From NCBI GenBank assembly GCA_902591665.1, contig CACJBO010000002.1:151398-215397 (forward strand): a DNA stretch of 64,000 nucleotides. Reading direction: 5' to 3'. The notes under the pieces were generated by a model. The model ran no database searches. It was given only the letters and a program-made list of their open reading frames with translations, and was not told the DNA's origin. Position 1 is the first letter of the stretch; every line of letters starts with the position of its first letter. Of the stretch, positions 21,615 through 32,382 are shown piece by piece. This DNA is from an uncultured SAR86 cluster bacterium. Lineage in GTDB: Bacteria; Pseudomonadota; Gammaproteobacteria; Magnimaribacterales; D2472. A program made the translations under genes and the position numbers.

Positions 21615-22442
21615 TTAGCCAAAAAATTTAGAGTCAAAAATCTCCTTGCATGAGATATAAAGAGAATCATCAAGACTTAGTGAGTGATCAATATTAACTA
21701 TATTTTCTATTGGGGCAATTCCTTTAGTAGAGCTTGTAAGCCAAGCAGATGTTGCATTCTTAAGTTCATGATAATTAAAATCCCCCTCAATAACCTTAAT
21801 GCCTTTATCTGACAGAGCATCAATTAAAATTGATCTAGTTATACCCGGCAAAATATTGTTAGATAGGGTTGGTGTATAAACGTTACCGTCTTTAATAAAG
21901 AATATATTTGAGGCTCCAGCCTCGGTTAAGATTCCGTCTTTATGCATGATAACTTCATCGCAATCATGTGATCTAGCATTATTCATATTCATGACATTGG
22001 CTAATAATGAGGTTGATTTTATATCGCATCTTCCCCATCTTGTATCTTCACAAATCATTACACTTAATTTTTTAGTTTCAAATGAACAAGGAGTGATATA
22101 GCCAAAAGTTTCTGTATTCATATCTTCAGAGTGCATATGTGATCTGATTAAATCTTCACCTCTGGTGACTTGATAATAAATATAACCATTTTCAAAACTC
22201 GATGAAGATAACAACTGATTGATTTCAGCTGTAACTTTCTTTACATCTAGGGTTATTGAAAGAGCGTAGACACTTCTTTGCAACCTTTCAATATGACTCT
22301 TAAATAAAATAAATTGCTTTTTATAGAAAGGTATGACTTCGTAAACACTATCTGAAAATGTATACGCCCTTGAGAAGGGAGAAACTTTTATATTTTCTAT
22401 GTAATCAAAATTACCATTAAATACAGCTTTAATCTGATGCAT
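21615..22442 (-). CDS. Class IV aminotransferase (D-amino-acid aminotransferase-like)
   Basis: FSDSVYEVI, QVTRG, RCDIKSTSLL, EAGASNIF, ILPGITR; follows dacA. Confidence 0.85.
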   Translation of the reverse strand: MHQIKAVFNGNFDYIENIKVSPFSRAYTFSDSVYEVIPFYKKQFILFKSHIERLQRSVYALSITLDVKKVTAEINQLLSSSSFENGYIYYQVTRGEDLIRSHMHSEDMNTETFGYITPCSFETKKLSVMICEDTRWGRCDIKSTSLLANVMNMNNARSHDCDEVIMHKDGILTEAGASNIFFIKDGNVYTPTLSNNILPGITRSILIDALSDKGIKVIEGDFNYHELKNATSAWLTSSTKGIAPIENIVNIDHSLSLDDSLYISCKEIFDSKFFG

Positions 22443-23586
22443 TCTCCGTCATTCCAAAAAGACTTAATATCCATAATACAAACTTAGACCAAAGCCTTCC
22501 AAAGAAACCCTTAGACTTTATGTTTTCTAGTGCAACTAAGTTGGTTGAAAATACAATCTCGTCATTGCTAATAATTTCAAGAGTTCCAATTTTTTGACCA
22601 ACTTCAATTGGAGCTTGAATATTATTACTGTAATTATAATTAACGGTTAGGTCTTTGAAGCTGGTTCTTGGAAGAGTAATGGAAACATCTTCAAGAACAC
22701 CCAAGCCAAGAGTTTTTTCTACACCGCCCCAAATATTGATTTTTTTATATTCCTGATTAGCATTTAAAACTTTTTGAGTAGCAAAAAATCTAAAGCCATA
22801 CTCTAACAACCTTTGACTAGCCAAAAATCTATTATTATCTGAATCACTGCCTGCAACCACGGTAATTAATCGCATATCGCCTCTTTTAGCTGAGCCAACC
22901 AAACAATAACCTGCAGCTTCAGTATGACCGGTTTTTACACCATCTGAAGAGTCGTCTCTCCACAAAAGCTTATTTCTGTTTAATTGTTTTATATCATTAA
23001 AAGTGAATTGTTTTTCTTTATAAAATGAATATATATCTGGAAACTTTGTAATTAGATTTGAGGTTAGAATCGCCAGATCTTGTGCTGACGAGAAATGATT
23101 GTCATCAGGAAGACCTGTAGAATTCTGAAAAATGGTATTATTCATATTTAATGAACTCGCGTAAGCGTTCATTAAGTCAACAAAGCCTCTTTCTGTTCCG
23201 CCAACATATTCAGATATAGCAACCGAGGCGTCATTTCCTGACTGAATTATTATTCCTTTAAGTAAGTCTGATATGCTTACTTTTTTTCCAGCCTCGACAA
23301 ACATTCTTGACCCTTCCATTCTCCAAGCTTTTTCACTTATCAAAACCTCATCATCTATTGAAATTAAATCATTAGATATCTGGTCTGCAGTAACATATAC
23401 AGTCATTATTTTAGTCATGCTGGCAGGCTCAATTTCAGAGCTTGAATTAAATTCTGCAATTACTGTATTTGTATTAGGTTCAATTAAGATATAACTTTTT
23501 AAATCAAGTTCCGGTGCATCAGGTACAAAACTTTGACCAAAAGCAACCATCGATGTTAATAAGGGTAATACTAATAAATTTTTCAT
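22429..23586 (-). CDS. dacA: D-alanyl-D-alanine carboxypeptidase (PBP5/6 family)
   Basis: SMTK, SGN and KTG motifs. Confidence 0.92.
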   Translation of the reverse strand: MKNLLVLPLLTSMVAFGQSFVPDAPELDLKSYILIEPNTNTVIAEFNSSSEIEPASMTKIMTVYVTADQISNDLISIDDEVLISEKAWRMEGSRMFVEAGKKVSISDLLKGIIIQSGNDASVAISEYVGGTERGFVDLMNAYASSLNMNNTIFQNSTGLPDDNHFSSAQDLAILTSNLITKFPDIYSFYKEKQFTFNDIKQLNRNKLLWRDDSSDGVKTGHTEAAGYCLVGSAKRGDMRLITVVAGSDSDNNRFLASQRLLEYGFRFFATQKVLNANQEYKKINIWGGVEKTLGLGVLEDVSITLPRTSFKDLTVNYNYSNNIQAPIEVGQKIGTLEIISNDEIVFSTNLVALENIKSKGFFGRLWSKFVLWILSLFGMTENASD

Positions 23587-24470
23587 TTTTTTAACTCTTC
23601 TGATAAATAATAAATCGCCATAGCGTAAAAGTGACTGATATTATATTTGGTTATTGCAATAAAGTTATCATCCCCAATAAAATATATATCTTTTCCATCC
23701 TCATTAAAGCTTAATGGTATAAATTTCGAAAGGTTTTTATTTGGTTTAAATACTTTTCTTACATTGTTTGGATAAGCATCGTAAATAATTTGGCCATCTT
23801 TTTTCCATCCATGAATATATAAGTAGTTGGCTATGCTTCCTATTGCATCATCAACTGAGCTAAATAAATCTGCATACCCATCCCCATCATAATCAATTGC
23901 ATATGCTCTATAACTTGAAGAAATAAATTGTCCATAACCCATCGCACCAGCATATGAGCCCTTTATTTCATTTATATTTAGATCGTTTTCTCTGGTCAGT
24001 AAAAAAAAGTCAACGAGTTCTTTTCTAAAAAATTTTGCTCTCCTAGGATAATCGAAACCAAGTGTAAGCAAACTATCAATAACTCTGTAACTGCCTTGAA
24101 TTTTTCCATACCTTGTTTCAACACCTAAAATTGCAGTTATTACCTCCTTAGGTACTCCAAATTCTTTTTCTGCTCTTTCAAGAGTTTGAAGATTATTTTT
24201 AATGAACTGTCTTCCATTAGCAATTCTTTTATCTTCTATAAACAATTTTTTATATCTATCCCACGTCCAAGTAAATTCAGCAGGTTTTGAAATTGAATCA
24301 ATTATTTTTTGTTGTCTTACTGCATTTGATAGAACATCTTCTACAAATGATTGTTCAAATCCATGATTTGTAACAAGTTCATCAATTAATGCTTCTGATT
24401 TCGGATGTTTTAAATAATCACCCTCGACAGAGAATGAGATTAACAATGTAATTAATATGATTTTTTTCAT
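23583..24470 (-). CDS. mltB: Lytic murein transglycosylase B (MltB/SltB1 family)
   Basis: ILGVETRYG catalytic Glu, GSYAGAMGYGQF, DYDGDG EF-hand. Confidence 0.88.
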   Translation of the reverse strand: MKKIILITLLISFSVEGDYLKHPKSEALIDELVTNHGFEQSFVEDVLSNAVRQQKIIDSISKPAEFTWTWDRYKKLFIEDKRIANGRQFIKNNLQTLERAEKEFGVPKEVITAILGVETRYGKIQGSYRVIDSLLTLGFDYPRRAKFFRKELVDFFLLTRENDLNINEIKGSYAGAMGYGQFISSSYRAYAIDYDGDGYADLFSSVDDAIGSIANYLYIHGWKKDGQIIYDAYPNNVRKVFKPNKNLSKFIPLSFNEDGKDIYFIGDDNFIAITKYNISHFYAMAIYYLSEELKK

Positions 24471-25567
24471 TTTTGCATTAATTTTTTATGTGTAGCCATG
24501 GAGATAATAATTCCAAAAGCTATGTAGAATGATAACAAAGATGAGCCTCCTTTGCTGATAAATGGCATGGGCATCCCTACAACAGGTATTATGCCAACAA
24601 CCATACCCAAATTAATAAATAGTGTTGATGCAAAAACTAAACTAAGGCCACCAATAGTTAATCTACAAAACCTATCTCTTGCATTAAAAGCTAAATAAAT
24701 GCATCTTAGTAATATAAAAAAGAAAAGGGACAGCAAGACACAAACACCAAGGAATCCAAACTCTTCAGCAATCACGGCAAAAATAAAATCTGTTTCAGCT
24801 TCAGGCAAGAAATTTAAATTTGCCTGTGACCCTTCTTGAAAACCTTTTCCACTCATCCCTCCGGAACCGATAGCAATTTTTGATTGTGTAATATTCCAAC
24901 TACTTCCAAAGGGATCATTAGAGGGATCTATAAAAGTTAAAATTCTTTGTCTCTGGAAGGGTTCTAAAAAATTATTCCATAAAAAAGGCATTGAAAGAAC
25001 TATTAATCCAAAAGATGTAAAAATAAATTTCCAGCTTAAGCCTGCTAAAAATAATATATATATTCCAGCCATGAATACAACAAGACCTGTTCCTAGGTCA
25101 GGCTGTGAATAAACTAAATAAAAGATAAAGAGAATTAAAGCCAGTGTAATAAAAGTATGTTTTAAGCTTATTGGCAAAGGTTTGTCATATAAATAGGAAG
25201 CTAAAAAGATTGGTAAGGCAATTTTTATTATTTCTGAGGTTTGTAAGGTAAAGAAACCAAAATTAAGCCATCTTTTTGCTCCATTTATCTCTCTTCCAAA
25301 AATCATAGTAGCAAAAATCAACAATATGGCTAAGATAATGAAAAGGCTAGAAAATATCTTATAAAAATCTGGGTCTGGTTGGCTTAAGATAAACATTAAA
25401 ATCAATCCAAATCCTACAAATATTGATTGCTTTATTACTGTATTAAGATCTCCTTGAGATGCGCTATATAAAAAAAATAACCCCATTACAGACAATAATG
25501 TAATAGAGATAAATAAATATTGATCAAAATATATAGAGAAATTTTTAAAGGTTAATTTTTTTTTCAT
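24467..25567 (-). CDS. rodA: Rod shape-determining SEDS glycosyltransferase
   Basis: GAKRW, QPDLGT, LPEAETDFIF; follows PBP2. Confidence 0.94.
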   Translation of the reverse strand: MKKKLTFKNFSIYFDQYLFISITLLSVMGLFFLYSASQGDLNTVIKQSIFVGFGLILMFILSQPDPDFYKIFSSLFIILAILLIFATMIFGREINGAKRWLNFGFFTLQTSEIIKIALPIFLASYLYDKPLPISLKHTFITLALILFIFYLVYSQPDLGTGLVVFMAGIYILFLAGLSWKFIFTSFGLIVLSMPFLWNNFLEPFQRQRILTFIDPSNDPFGSSWNITQSKIAIGSGGMSGKGFQEGSQANLNFLPEAETDFIFAVIAEEFGFLGVCVLLSLFFFILLRCIYLAFNARDRFCRLTIGGLSLVFASTLFINLGMVVGIIPVVGMPMPFISKGGSSLLSFYIAFGIIISMATHKKLMQK

Positions 25568-27402
25568 TTGCCTATTAAACTATTGAGAACTGCTATTGCA
25601 ACTGGTCCAGCTACAGAGCCCCCGCTTTCTCCATTCTCTATAACCACACTCACAGCATATTTTGGGTTGGGCATAGGCCCAAAAGCGATGATAATTGCAT
25701 GATCCCTATTTCCTTCATTCTCTCTTATGATTTTGTAATCCTCTTTGGTATCTGTACTAACCAACTCAACGGTTCCAGATTTAGCAGCAACTGTATATGT
25801 TTTTAGTTCTTGCAATCTTTTTGCTGTCCCAATAGGGCTCTCTATCACCCCTATCATGCTTTGATGCAATCTTTTCCAATCCAGATCATCAGTATTATTT
25901 AATTGTATATTTAGATTTTTGATATCTTGCTTTTCATGAATAAATGATAGTTCTTTAGAAGTTCCTTTATTAGCTAATACTGAGGAGTAATATGCTAGTT
26001 GTAATGGAGTAGCACTAAGATAGCCTTGACCCACCCCCAAATTAACGGTATCTCCCTTAAACCATCCAAAATTTAGATTGTTCATTTTCCATTCTGGAGT
26101 TGGCAATAAAGCTTTATCGGGGTTAAAGCAGTCTGCACAAACTTTTGTTCCAAAGCCAAAGTTAGATAAATGCTCAATTAATTTATTGATATCTGACTTA
26201 TAAGCTAACGAGAAGAAGAAAGTATTTGAGCTAACAATCATTGCCTTGTTCAAGTTAACATTTCCATGCCCTCCTTTTCTCCACCCCCTGTAGACTCTTT
26301 GATCTTCAGGTAATATAAAATATCCTGGGTCTTCCATAGAAAAATCCCAATCAATAATATTATTTTCTATACCAAATAGAGCAATAGCAGGTTTGATTGT
26401 TGACGCAGGAGAATATCTCCCTTGAGAGGCTCTATCAAAAAAAGGTTTATCCTTATCTTGGATTAGCGCATTAAATGCCCTAGAAGAAATTCCATTTGAA
26501 ATTGCATTAGTTGAAAAACTAGGCGTACTTACGTAGCTGACAATTGATCCACTATCTATTTCAATTGCAACAACAGCTCCACGTCTGTTATCCATCTGAT
26601 CATAGGCAACTTGTTGGGCTTCAATATCTAATGTTGTAAAAAGATTTTCGCCATTTTTCGGTTTAATGAACTCTCTTTCTTCAACAAATCTGCCTCTAGC
26701 ATCAACTTCAAAAATTTTCTTACCAAATTTACCTCTTAGTATTTGATCATAAGTGCTTTCCAGTCCTGTTTTACCTATTTGAAATCCATTTGAATATTTA
26801 AAAATTGTCTCTATTTGCGGCAATGCTTGACTGTTAAGAATTGAGACTAGCTCATCATTACTAACACCTCCCACATATCCTACAGCATGGGAAAATAATT
26901 CCGGATAATTGTTATAACGACTATATCTGACATCAATAAATGCATTTGGAAATTTATAACCCCTTACTTCAAATTTAGCAATTTCTTCCCTAGACAGATT
27001 TTTTTTTACAATTAGCTCTCTGTTGTAAAGAGCTTTAAGATCAAAATTTTCTCTAACATAGTCTAATTCATCTGAATCTAGTTCAATAATTGGCGATAAA
27101 TCAGACAAGAAAGCATCTATATTTTTTATTAGCGATGCTTTTACTATGAGATCATAAGTTGGGACATTATTTACAATAATCTTTCCAGATCTATCATAGA
27201 TTATTCCTCTTACTGGTTGAACCAATACCTCTTTTGTTTTATTTGCAATTGCTGCTGTCTCATAGTCTTTGTATTCAGACACTTGAAGTGAGTATGTTTG
27301 ATAAAGAAAAAATGAGAATACAAAACCAAAAAACACATAAACTACTACTAGTCTATTAAAAAAACTCTTCTTTTCGGCATACCTTTCATTTAAATCAATC
27401 AT
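25564..27402 (-). CDS. mrdA: Penicillin-binding protein 2
   Basis: RGIIYDR, STIK (SxxK), SSN, KSGT. Confidence 0.94.
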   Translation of the reverse strand: MIDLNERYAEKKSFFNRLVVVYVFFGFVFSFFLYQTYSLQVSEYKDYETAAIANKTKEVLVQPVRGIIYDRSGKIIVNNVPTYDLIVKASLIKNIDAFLSDLSPIIELDSDELDYVRENFDLKALYNRELIVKKNLSREEIAKFEVRGYKFPNAFIDVRYSRYNNYPELFSHAVGYVGGVSNDELVSILNSQALPQIETIFKYSNGFQIGKTGLESTYDQILRGKFGKKIFEVDARGRFVEEREFIKPKNGENLFTTLDIEAQQVAYDQMDNRRGAVVAIEIDSGSIVSYVSTPSFSTNAISNGISSRAFNALIQDKDKPFFDRASQGRYSPASTIKPAIALFGIENNIIDWDFSMEDPGYFILPEDQRVYRGWRKGGHGNVNLNKAMIVSSNTFFFSLAYKSDINKLIEHLSNFGFGTKVCADCFNPDKALLPTPEWKMNNLNFGWFKGDTVNLGVGQGYLSATPLQLAYYSSVLANKGTSKELSFIHEKQDIKNLNIQLNNTDDLDWKRLHQSMIGVIESPIGTAKRLQELKTYTVAAKSGTVELVSTDTKEDYKIIRENEGNRDHAIIIAFGPMPNPKYAVSVVIENGESGGSVAGPVAIAVLNSLIGK

Positions 27403-27863
27403 TTGTGATATGGCGCGTTATTTATTATCGAAATTGCTCTATATATTTGTTCAACTAAAATTATTCTAAAAAGCCGATGAGGAAATGTAAAATTTGATGC
27501 TGAGAGCACTTTGTTTGAGATCAATTTAAGATCTTCAGATAACCCAAATGACCCCCCAATTACGAAGCAAACTTTTGTGTTTTCATGCATTAAATTTTCA
27601 AATATTTTACTGAACTCACTGCTGCTAACTTTATCGCCAGCCATATCACATATAATCAGAAAGCTGTCACTAGGAATTTTTTTTAAAATTAAATCTGCTT
27701 CTAATTTGATTACTTCCTCTATTGATCTTTTAGGGTTTTGTTGACCTTTTACGTTTATAAAATCAATTTTTACGTGATTATTTAGTTGCTTAAGATAATG
27801 ATTTATTCCCTCTAATTCCCATTTATTAGGCTTGTTGCCAACCGAAATAATAGAGAGGTTCAT
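27399..27863 (-). CDS. rlmH: 23S rRNA (pseudouridine1915-N3)-methyltransferase
   Basis: FVIGGSFGL, TFPH, EQIYRA, PYHK. Confidence 0.93.
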   Translation of the reverse strand: MNLSIISVGNKPNKWELEGINHYLKQLNNHVKIDFINVKGQQNPKRSIEEVIKLEADLILKKIPSDSFLIICDMAGDKVSSSEFSKIFENLMHENTKVCFVIGGSFGLSEDLKLISNKVLSASNFTFPHRLFRIILVEQIYRAISIINNAPYHK

Positions 27864-28207
27864 TGATTAGAAGAATTCAAAAGGGTATTTTCCCCCCATA
27901 GGCCTTCTAGATCATAAAACTCTCTTATATCTTCTTTCATAATATTGACAACGACACCACCACAATCAACTAAAATCCAACCTGACTCTACTTTTCCCTC
28001 AACATTTAAAACATTTTTATTGCCTGCTTTAATTGATTCAACAAGTTTGTCTGCAAGAGATTTTGCATGTCTATTTGAATTAGCTGTTGCAATCATTATT
28101 ACATCTGCAAAAGACGAGATGCCTTCAATATCAAGTGATAAAATGTTTTCAGCTTTATTATCTTCTAGGCTTTTTTGGCAAATATTTTGAAGTTTTTTCT
28201 CAGACAA
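27860..28207 (-). CDS. rsfS: Ribosome silencing factor
   Basis: KAENI, WILVDCG, REFYDLEGLW; TTG start. Confidence 0.93.
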   Translation of the reverse strand: MSEKKLQNICQKSLEDNKAENILSLDIEGISSFADVIMIATANSNRHAKSLADKLVESIKAGNKNVLNVEGKVESGWILVDCGGVVVNIMKEDIREFYDLEGLWGENTLLNSSNQ

Positions 28208-28299
28208 GATTATTTATATTTCAATAGTTTTTATTAACTAAAAATTAACTTATATTCAGAGTTATACTAAATCATTATTTATAAAAAAGGTGACAAATT

Positions 28300-28728
28300 T
28301 TGGAATTAACATCATTTAATTCATTGATAGAGATTTTTAATGTTTATAAAAATTTAATTCTTTGGTTTGGATCTATTTCTTTATTCGTTTTCTTGTTTAG
28401 TTTATTGAGCATAAAGTGGCTTGTTTCATTAATTCCTGAGGATTATTTTATAAATAAAAAAGATTCAAAAATTAAGACAAGTAATATTTTTATTTGGTAC
28501 ATAGTCTTAATTTTTAAAAATCTAATTGGGTACTCGCTTATTCTAGGAGGCATAATGATGCTTGTCCTTCCTGGTCAAGGTTTATTTACAATCATTATCG
28601 GTCTAATGATGAGCAATTATCCTGGCAAGTATTCTATTGAGAAAAAATTTATTGCTATTCCTACAATTTTAAAATCTATAAACTGGCTAAGAAGAAAATC
28701 AAATAAACCACCGATAAGAATTACTTAA
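28300..28728 (+). CDS. PGPGW-family membrane protein
   Basis: Hydrophobic helices with LVLPGQG (PGPG variant); TTG start with AAGG upstream. Confidence 0.7.
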   Translation: MELTSFNSLIEIFNVYKNLILWFGSISLFVFLFSLLSIKWLVSLIPEDYFINKKDSKIKTSNIFIWYIVLIFKNLIGYSLILGGIMMLVLPGQGLFTIIIGLMMSNYPGKYSIEKKFIAIPTILKSINWLRRKSNKPPIRIT

Positions 28729-29306
28729 AGACTAGAAATTTTTTCAATGTACTTTGATAAGATTGAAAGTCTTTGAGTGGCATCAAATGCTTCAAGTAAA
28801 TTTTGCTTCTGGATTGAAGTAAGCGGTATCAGGCCTCCAAGATGGTAAGCAACAGAATCGGCAGAATTAAAATCTACTTTGATTGGAAGTTCATTAACTT
28901 TTGGATGCTTTATTATCTGAGATAAGATATTAATTATATCAGGATACTCTGCTAATAAAGCTTGATTATCAACCTCAGGATCTATCTCGGGCTTGATATC
29001 TGCAATATGCAATCCATCTTCAAGTTGACATATATTATTAATTGAAACTTTAGTTTCAGCTTTGACAGTGATGCCAAGAAGACCATTTGGAAGATTATTA
29101 AAATCAACTATTTCAACATAAGTACCTTTTTTAGAAATTCCAAATTCAGATGCATCATTTATTTTCAAAACAATTACAAATCCATGGCTATCTGACATGC
29201 ATTTCTTAATCATCTTTAGATATCTTGGTTCAAAAATTTGTAGTGATTGAATGCTACCAGGCAAGGCAACCAAACCAAGAGGAAAAACAGGCAAGTTATT
29301 TTTCAT
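28725..29306 (-). CDS. LON peptidase substrate-binding domain protein (no protease domain)
   Basis: LPVFPL, LQIFEPRY, KQNLLE. Confidence 0.85.
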   Translation of the reverse strand: MKNNLPVFPLGLVALPGSIQSLQIFEPRYLKMIKKCMSDSHGFVIVLKINDASEFGISKKGTYVEIVDFNNLPNGLLGITVKAETKVSINNICQLEDGLHIADIKPEIDPEVDNQALLAEYPDIINILSQIIKHPKVNELPIKVDFNSADSVAYHLGGLIPLTSIQKQNLLEAFDATQRLSILSKYIEKISSL

Positions 29307-30595
29307 GATAAGAAATCAATAATCGGTTCATAAAGTTTACTACTATCTTTATTTGTCATTAAAAGAACAACATCATAATCTTTTATAATACTTTTTATAT
29401 TACCAATACATTCATCATGGTGGTTGAAAGATTCGTCATCTTTAATAACTTTGTTGTGATCAAGCCATATCACTTTATCAAAAGCAGTTACTGAGTCAAA
29501 AATAGCATTACCATGAGATCCAGAGGACATAGTGTTTGATCCAAGCTCAATAATTCCTAATATTTTATTTTCTTTAAATTCATTCCTGATAGCTTCTGAT
29601 GCATAGGTTATTGCAGTTGGGTGATGTGCAAAATCGTCATAAATTTTCACACCAGAATGCTCTCCTTTATACTCCAGTCTTCTTCGCACTCCATTGAAAC
29701 TTTCTAATGCCTCAATAGAATCGTTTGCTGATATGCCGCATGTGGTAGCAGCCATAATTGCTGAAACATAATTTTTAAAATTATGCTCTCCAATTAAGGG
29801 TAAAGAGTTTAATAAAAATATATCTTCATCTATTTTTACTTCTTTAGAGCTAAAATTAATTTTTAAATTTTTATCATTAATTTTAATAACATTTGACCAG
29901 CATCCCATATCGAGAACATCTAGAACATTCCTATCATCATAAAAACATACAATATTTCCGTTAGATGGAATTATTTTTAAAAGATGATGAAATTGTTTTT
30001 TTATATCATCTAAATTATTAAATATATCAGCATGATCAAACTCTATGTTATTAATAACAAGGGTATCAGGAGAATAATGAATAAATTTTGATCTTTTATC
30101 AAAAAAAGCTGAGTCATATTCATCAGCCTCAATAACAAATATTTCATCGGTTCCAAGAGAAGCTGAACCATCAATATCATTTGAAATTCCTCCAACTAAA
30201 TAACCAATATCTCTACCTGATGACTTAAGAATATGTGTAAGCATATAAGAGGTAGTTGTTTTACCATGTGTTCCTGATACAGCAAATACTTTTCTGTTTC
30301 TAAGAATTTCACCAAGCATTTCAGGCCCTGATTTAAATGGAAGACGATTATTTAATATATGTTCAACGGATTCATTTCCTCTCGATAATGCATTGCCAAT
30401 TACGTATAAATCAGCCTCAGGAAGATCGTTTAATGCATAACCTTCTATTAAATCAATTTTTAAAGCATCTAGATGCTCTGACATCGGTGGATAAAATTGC
30501 ATATCTGAACCTGAGACATCATTACCGGAGTCTTTGAGTATTTGCGCAAGGCCACCCATGAAGGTTCCACAGATGCCTAAGATATGTATCTTCAT
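29303..30595 (-). CDS. mpl: Murein peptide ligase
   Basis: IHILGICGTFMGGLA, GTHGKTTT, EADEYDSAFFDKRSKF, DDFAHHPTAI. Confidence 0.95.
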   Translation of the reverse strand: MKIHILGICGTFMGGLAQILKDSGNDVSGSDMQFYPPMSEHLDALKIDLIEGYALNDLPEADLYVIGNALSRGNESVEHILNNRLPFKSGPEMLGEILRNRKVFAVSGTHGKTTTSYMLTHILKSSGRDIGYLVGGISNDIDGSASLGTDEIFVIEADEYDSAFFDKRSKFIHYSPDTLVINNIEFDHADIFNNLDDIKKQFHHLLKIIPSNGNIVCFYDDRNVLDVLDMGCWSNVIKINDKNLKINFSSKEVKIDEDIFLLNSLPLIGEHNFKNYVSAIMAATTCGISANDSIEALESFNGVRRRLEYKGEHSGVKIYDDFAHHPTAITYASEAIRNEFKENKILGIIELGSNTMSSGSHGNAIFDSVTAFDKVIWLDHNKVIKDDESFNHHDECIGNIKSIIKDYDVVLLMTNKDSSKLYEPIIDFLS

Positions 30596-30648
30596 ATTAG
30601 TTATAATACTTTAACAAGTTTTATTACAACATATTTGGGTGGGGAAAA

Positions 30649-31899
30649 ATGAAAAAAAATGCTTTATATGCTCAATCTGGTGGCGTGACTGCAGTAATAA
30701 ATGCAACAGCAGGTGCTTTAATTCTGGAAGCAAAAAAAAGTAATAAGATTGGAAAGGTTTTTGCTGCTAAAAATGGAATACTAGGAGCGCTTCGTGAAGA
30801 TTTGATTGATACATCAAAAGAATCAAATAATTCTCTATTATCCCTAAGGTACAGACCGGGTGGTATATTTGGATCTTGTAGGTTTAAGCTTAAAGATCTC
30901 GAAACGAGCGAAAAGGAATATAGAAGACTAATTGAGGTATTCAAGGCTCATAATATTGGTTATTTTTTCTACAACGGCGGAAATGATTCCGCCGATACTG
31001 CTTATAAGGTCTCTCAAATAAGTAAAAAACTTAACTACCCAATCCAATGTATTGCTATTCCAAAAACAGTAGATAATGACTTAGCACTCACAGATTGTTG
31101 TCCTGGGTTTGGCTCTGCAGCTAAATATATTGCAACCTCAATACAAGAAGCTTCATTGGATGTTCAATCAATGTCAGAAACCTCAACAAAGGTTTTTATT
31201 ATGGAGGTAATGGGAAGACATGCTGGATGGATGGCTGCCTCATCAGCTTTGGCAAGAAAAAATAAAGGAGATGCTCCACATATTATTCTTTTGCCAGAAA
31301 TTACTTTTAATCAAAAAGAGTTCTTATCACTCGTTAAGAAAACTGTTTCAGATAAAGGTTTTTGCGTTGTTGTTGTGTCAGAGGGTGTTAAAAATAGCAA
31401 AGGTAAATTTCTTTCTGAATCAAATACAAAAGATGCTTTTGGGCATGCTCAATTAGGTGGAGTTGCCCCTTATATAGCAGATCTTATTAACACAAAATTA
31501 AAACTTAAAAACCATTGGGCTGTTTCTGATTATCTTCAAAGAAGTGCGAGTCATATAGCTTCAAAAGTAGATTTAGCGCATGCAGAAGCTGTTGGAGTCC
31601 ATGCTATCAAATATGCTTTAGCTGGTATGAATGGCGTAATGCCAATAATTGTAAGAAATAACAGTAGTAAATATAAATGGAAAATAGAACCAGCTCCACT
31701 ATCGAAAATTGCCAATCTGGAAAAAAAATTACCAAAATCTTTTATTACAAAAAACGGAATGGGCGTTACTACAAAAGCATTAGATTATCTAAACCCACTT
31801 ATTCAGGGAGAATCAAATCCCCCATTTAAAAATGGAATTCCAGATTTAAAAGAATTTAAATTGGTGCCTGTTCAAAAAAAATTAACTACTTGGCGATAA
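30649..31899 (+). CDS. pfp: 6-phosphofructokinase, predicted PPi-dependent
   Basis: AQSGG, GGNDS, PKTVDND, MGRHAGW. Confidence 0.85.
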   Translation: MKKNALYAQSGGVTAVINATAGALILEAKKSNKIGKVFAAKNGILGALREDLIDTSKESNNSLLSLRYRPGGIFGSCRFKLKDLETSEKEYRRLIEVFKAHNIGYFFYNGGNDSADTAYKVSQISKKLNYPIQCIAIPKTVDNDLALTDCCPGFGSAAKYIATSIQEASLDVQSMSETSTKVFIMEVMGRHAGWMAASSALARKNKGDAPHIILLPEITFNQKEFLSLVKKTVSDKGFCVVVVSEGVKNSKGKFLSESNTKDAFGHAQLGGVAPYIADLINTKLKLKNHWAVSDYLQRSASHIASKVDLAHAEAVGVHAIKYALAGMNGVMPIIVRNNSSKYKWKIEPAPLSKIANLEKKLPKSFITKNGMGVTTKALDYLNPLIQGESNPPFKNGIPDLKEFKLVPVQKKLTTWR

Positions 31900-32382
31900 T
31901 CAAGGATTAGCATTTAAGTCCTCAATAATTTTTGAAATATTCTCTTTTAGCTCAACTTTTTCTTCGTCATTCAAGAAAGATCCTATTTCTACATCTTTAC
32001 CCTTAGAGCGAAAGCTTAGTTTAAGTACCTTATTAATATCTTTTGAAATTTGAAAAGAAGTAAAAGTTCTAAATTCCTCCCAGCGATACTCAGCCTTATG
32101 AATGCCTTTTTCTACTATTACCTTATCTTTAGACAAAAATATTTTTTCTCTTTTACCACTCCACCTAAAATTTAAATAAAATGCTATAAGCAAAATACTT
32201 ATTTCTAGACCGGCAAATGGCAATATCAAAGTTGCACCAACTAAATAAAATATAGTTGCTATCCCAAGGCAAATAAATGCAATACTCGAAATAAATATTA
32301 CTCTGTATGTTCCGGTTAACGAGCTATTAGGTTTTATGTATACTCCAAATGAATTTGAACTAATTTTTTGAATAGAAACCAC
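31900..32382 (-). CDS. DUF2244-family membrane protein
   Basis: PNSSL, ILPFAGLE, EIGSFLNDEEK; GTG start. Confidence 0.75.
   Translation of the reverse strand: MVSIQKISSNSFGVYIKPNSSLTGTYRVIFISSIAFICLGIATIFYLVGATLILPFAGLEISILLIAFYLNFRWSGKREKIFLSKDKVIVEKGIHKAEYRWEEFRTFTSFQISKDINKVLKLSFRSKGKDVEIGSFLNDEEKVELKENISKIIEDLNANP

Noticed and set aside
20630-28207. Apparent inversion of the rsfS-mrd-dacA block relative to leuS-lptE-holA
   Set aside because: It differs from E. coli, but the convergent arrangement matches Pseudomonas, so it is not evidence of a new rearrangement.
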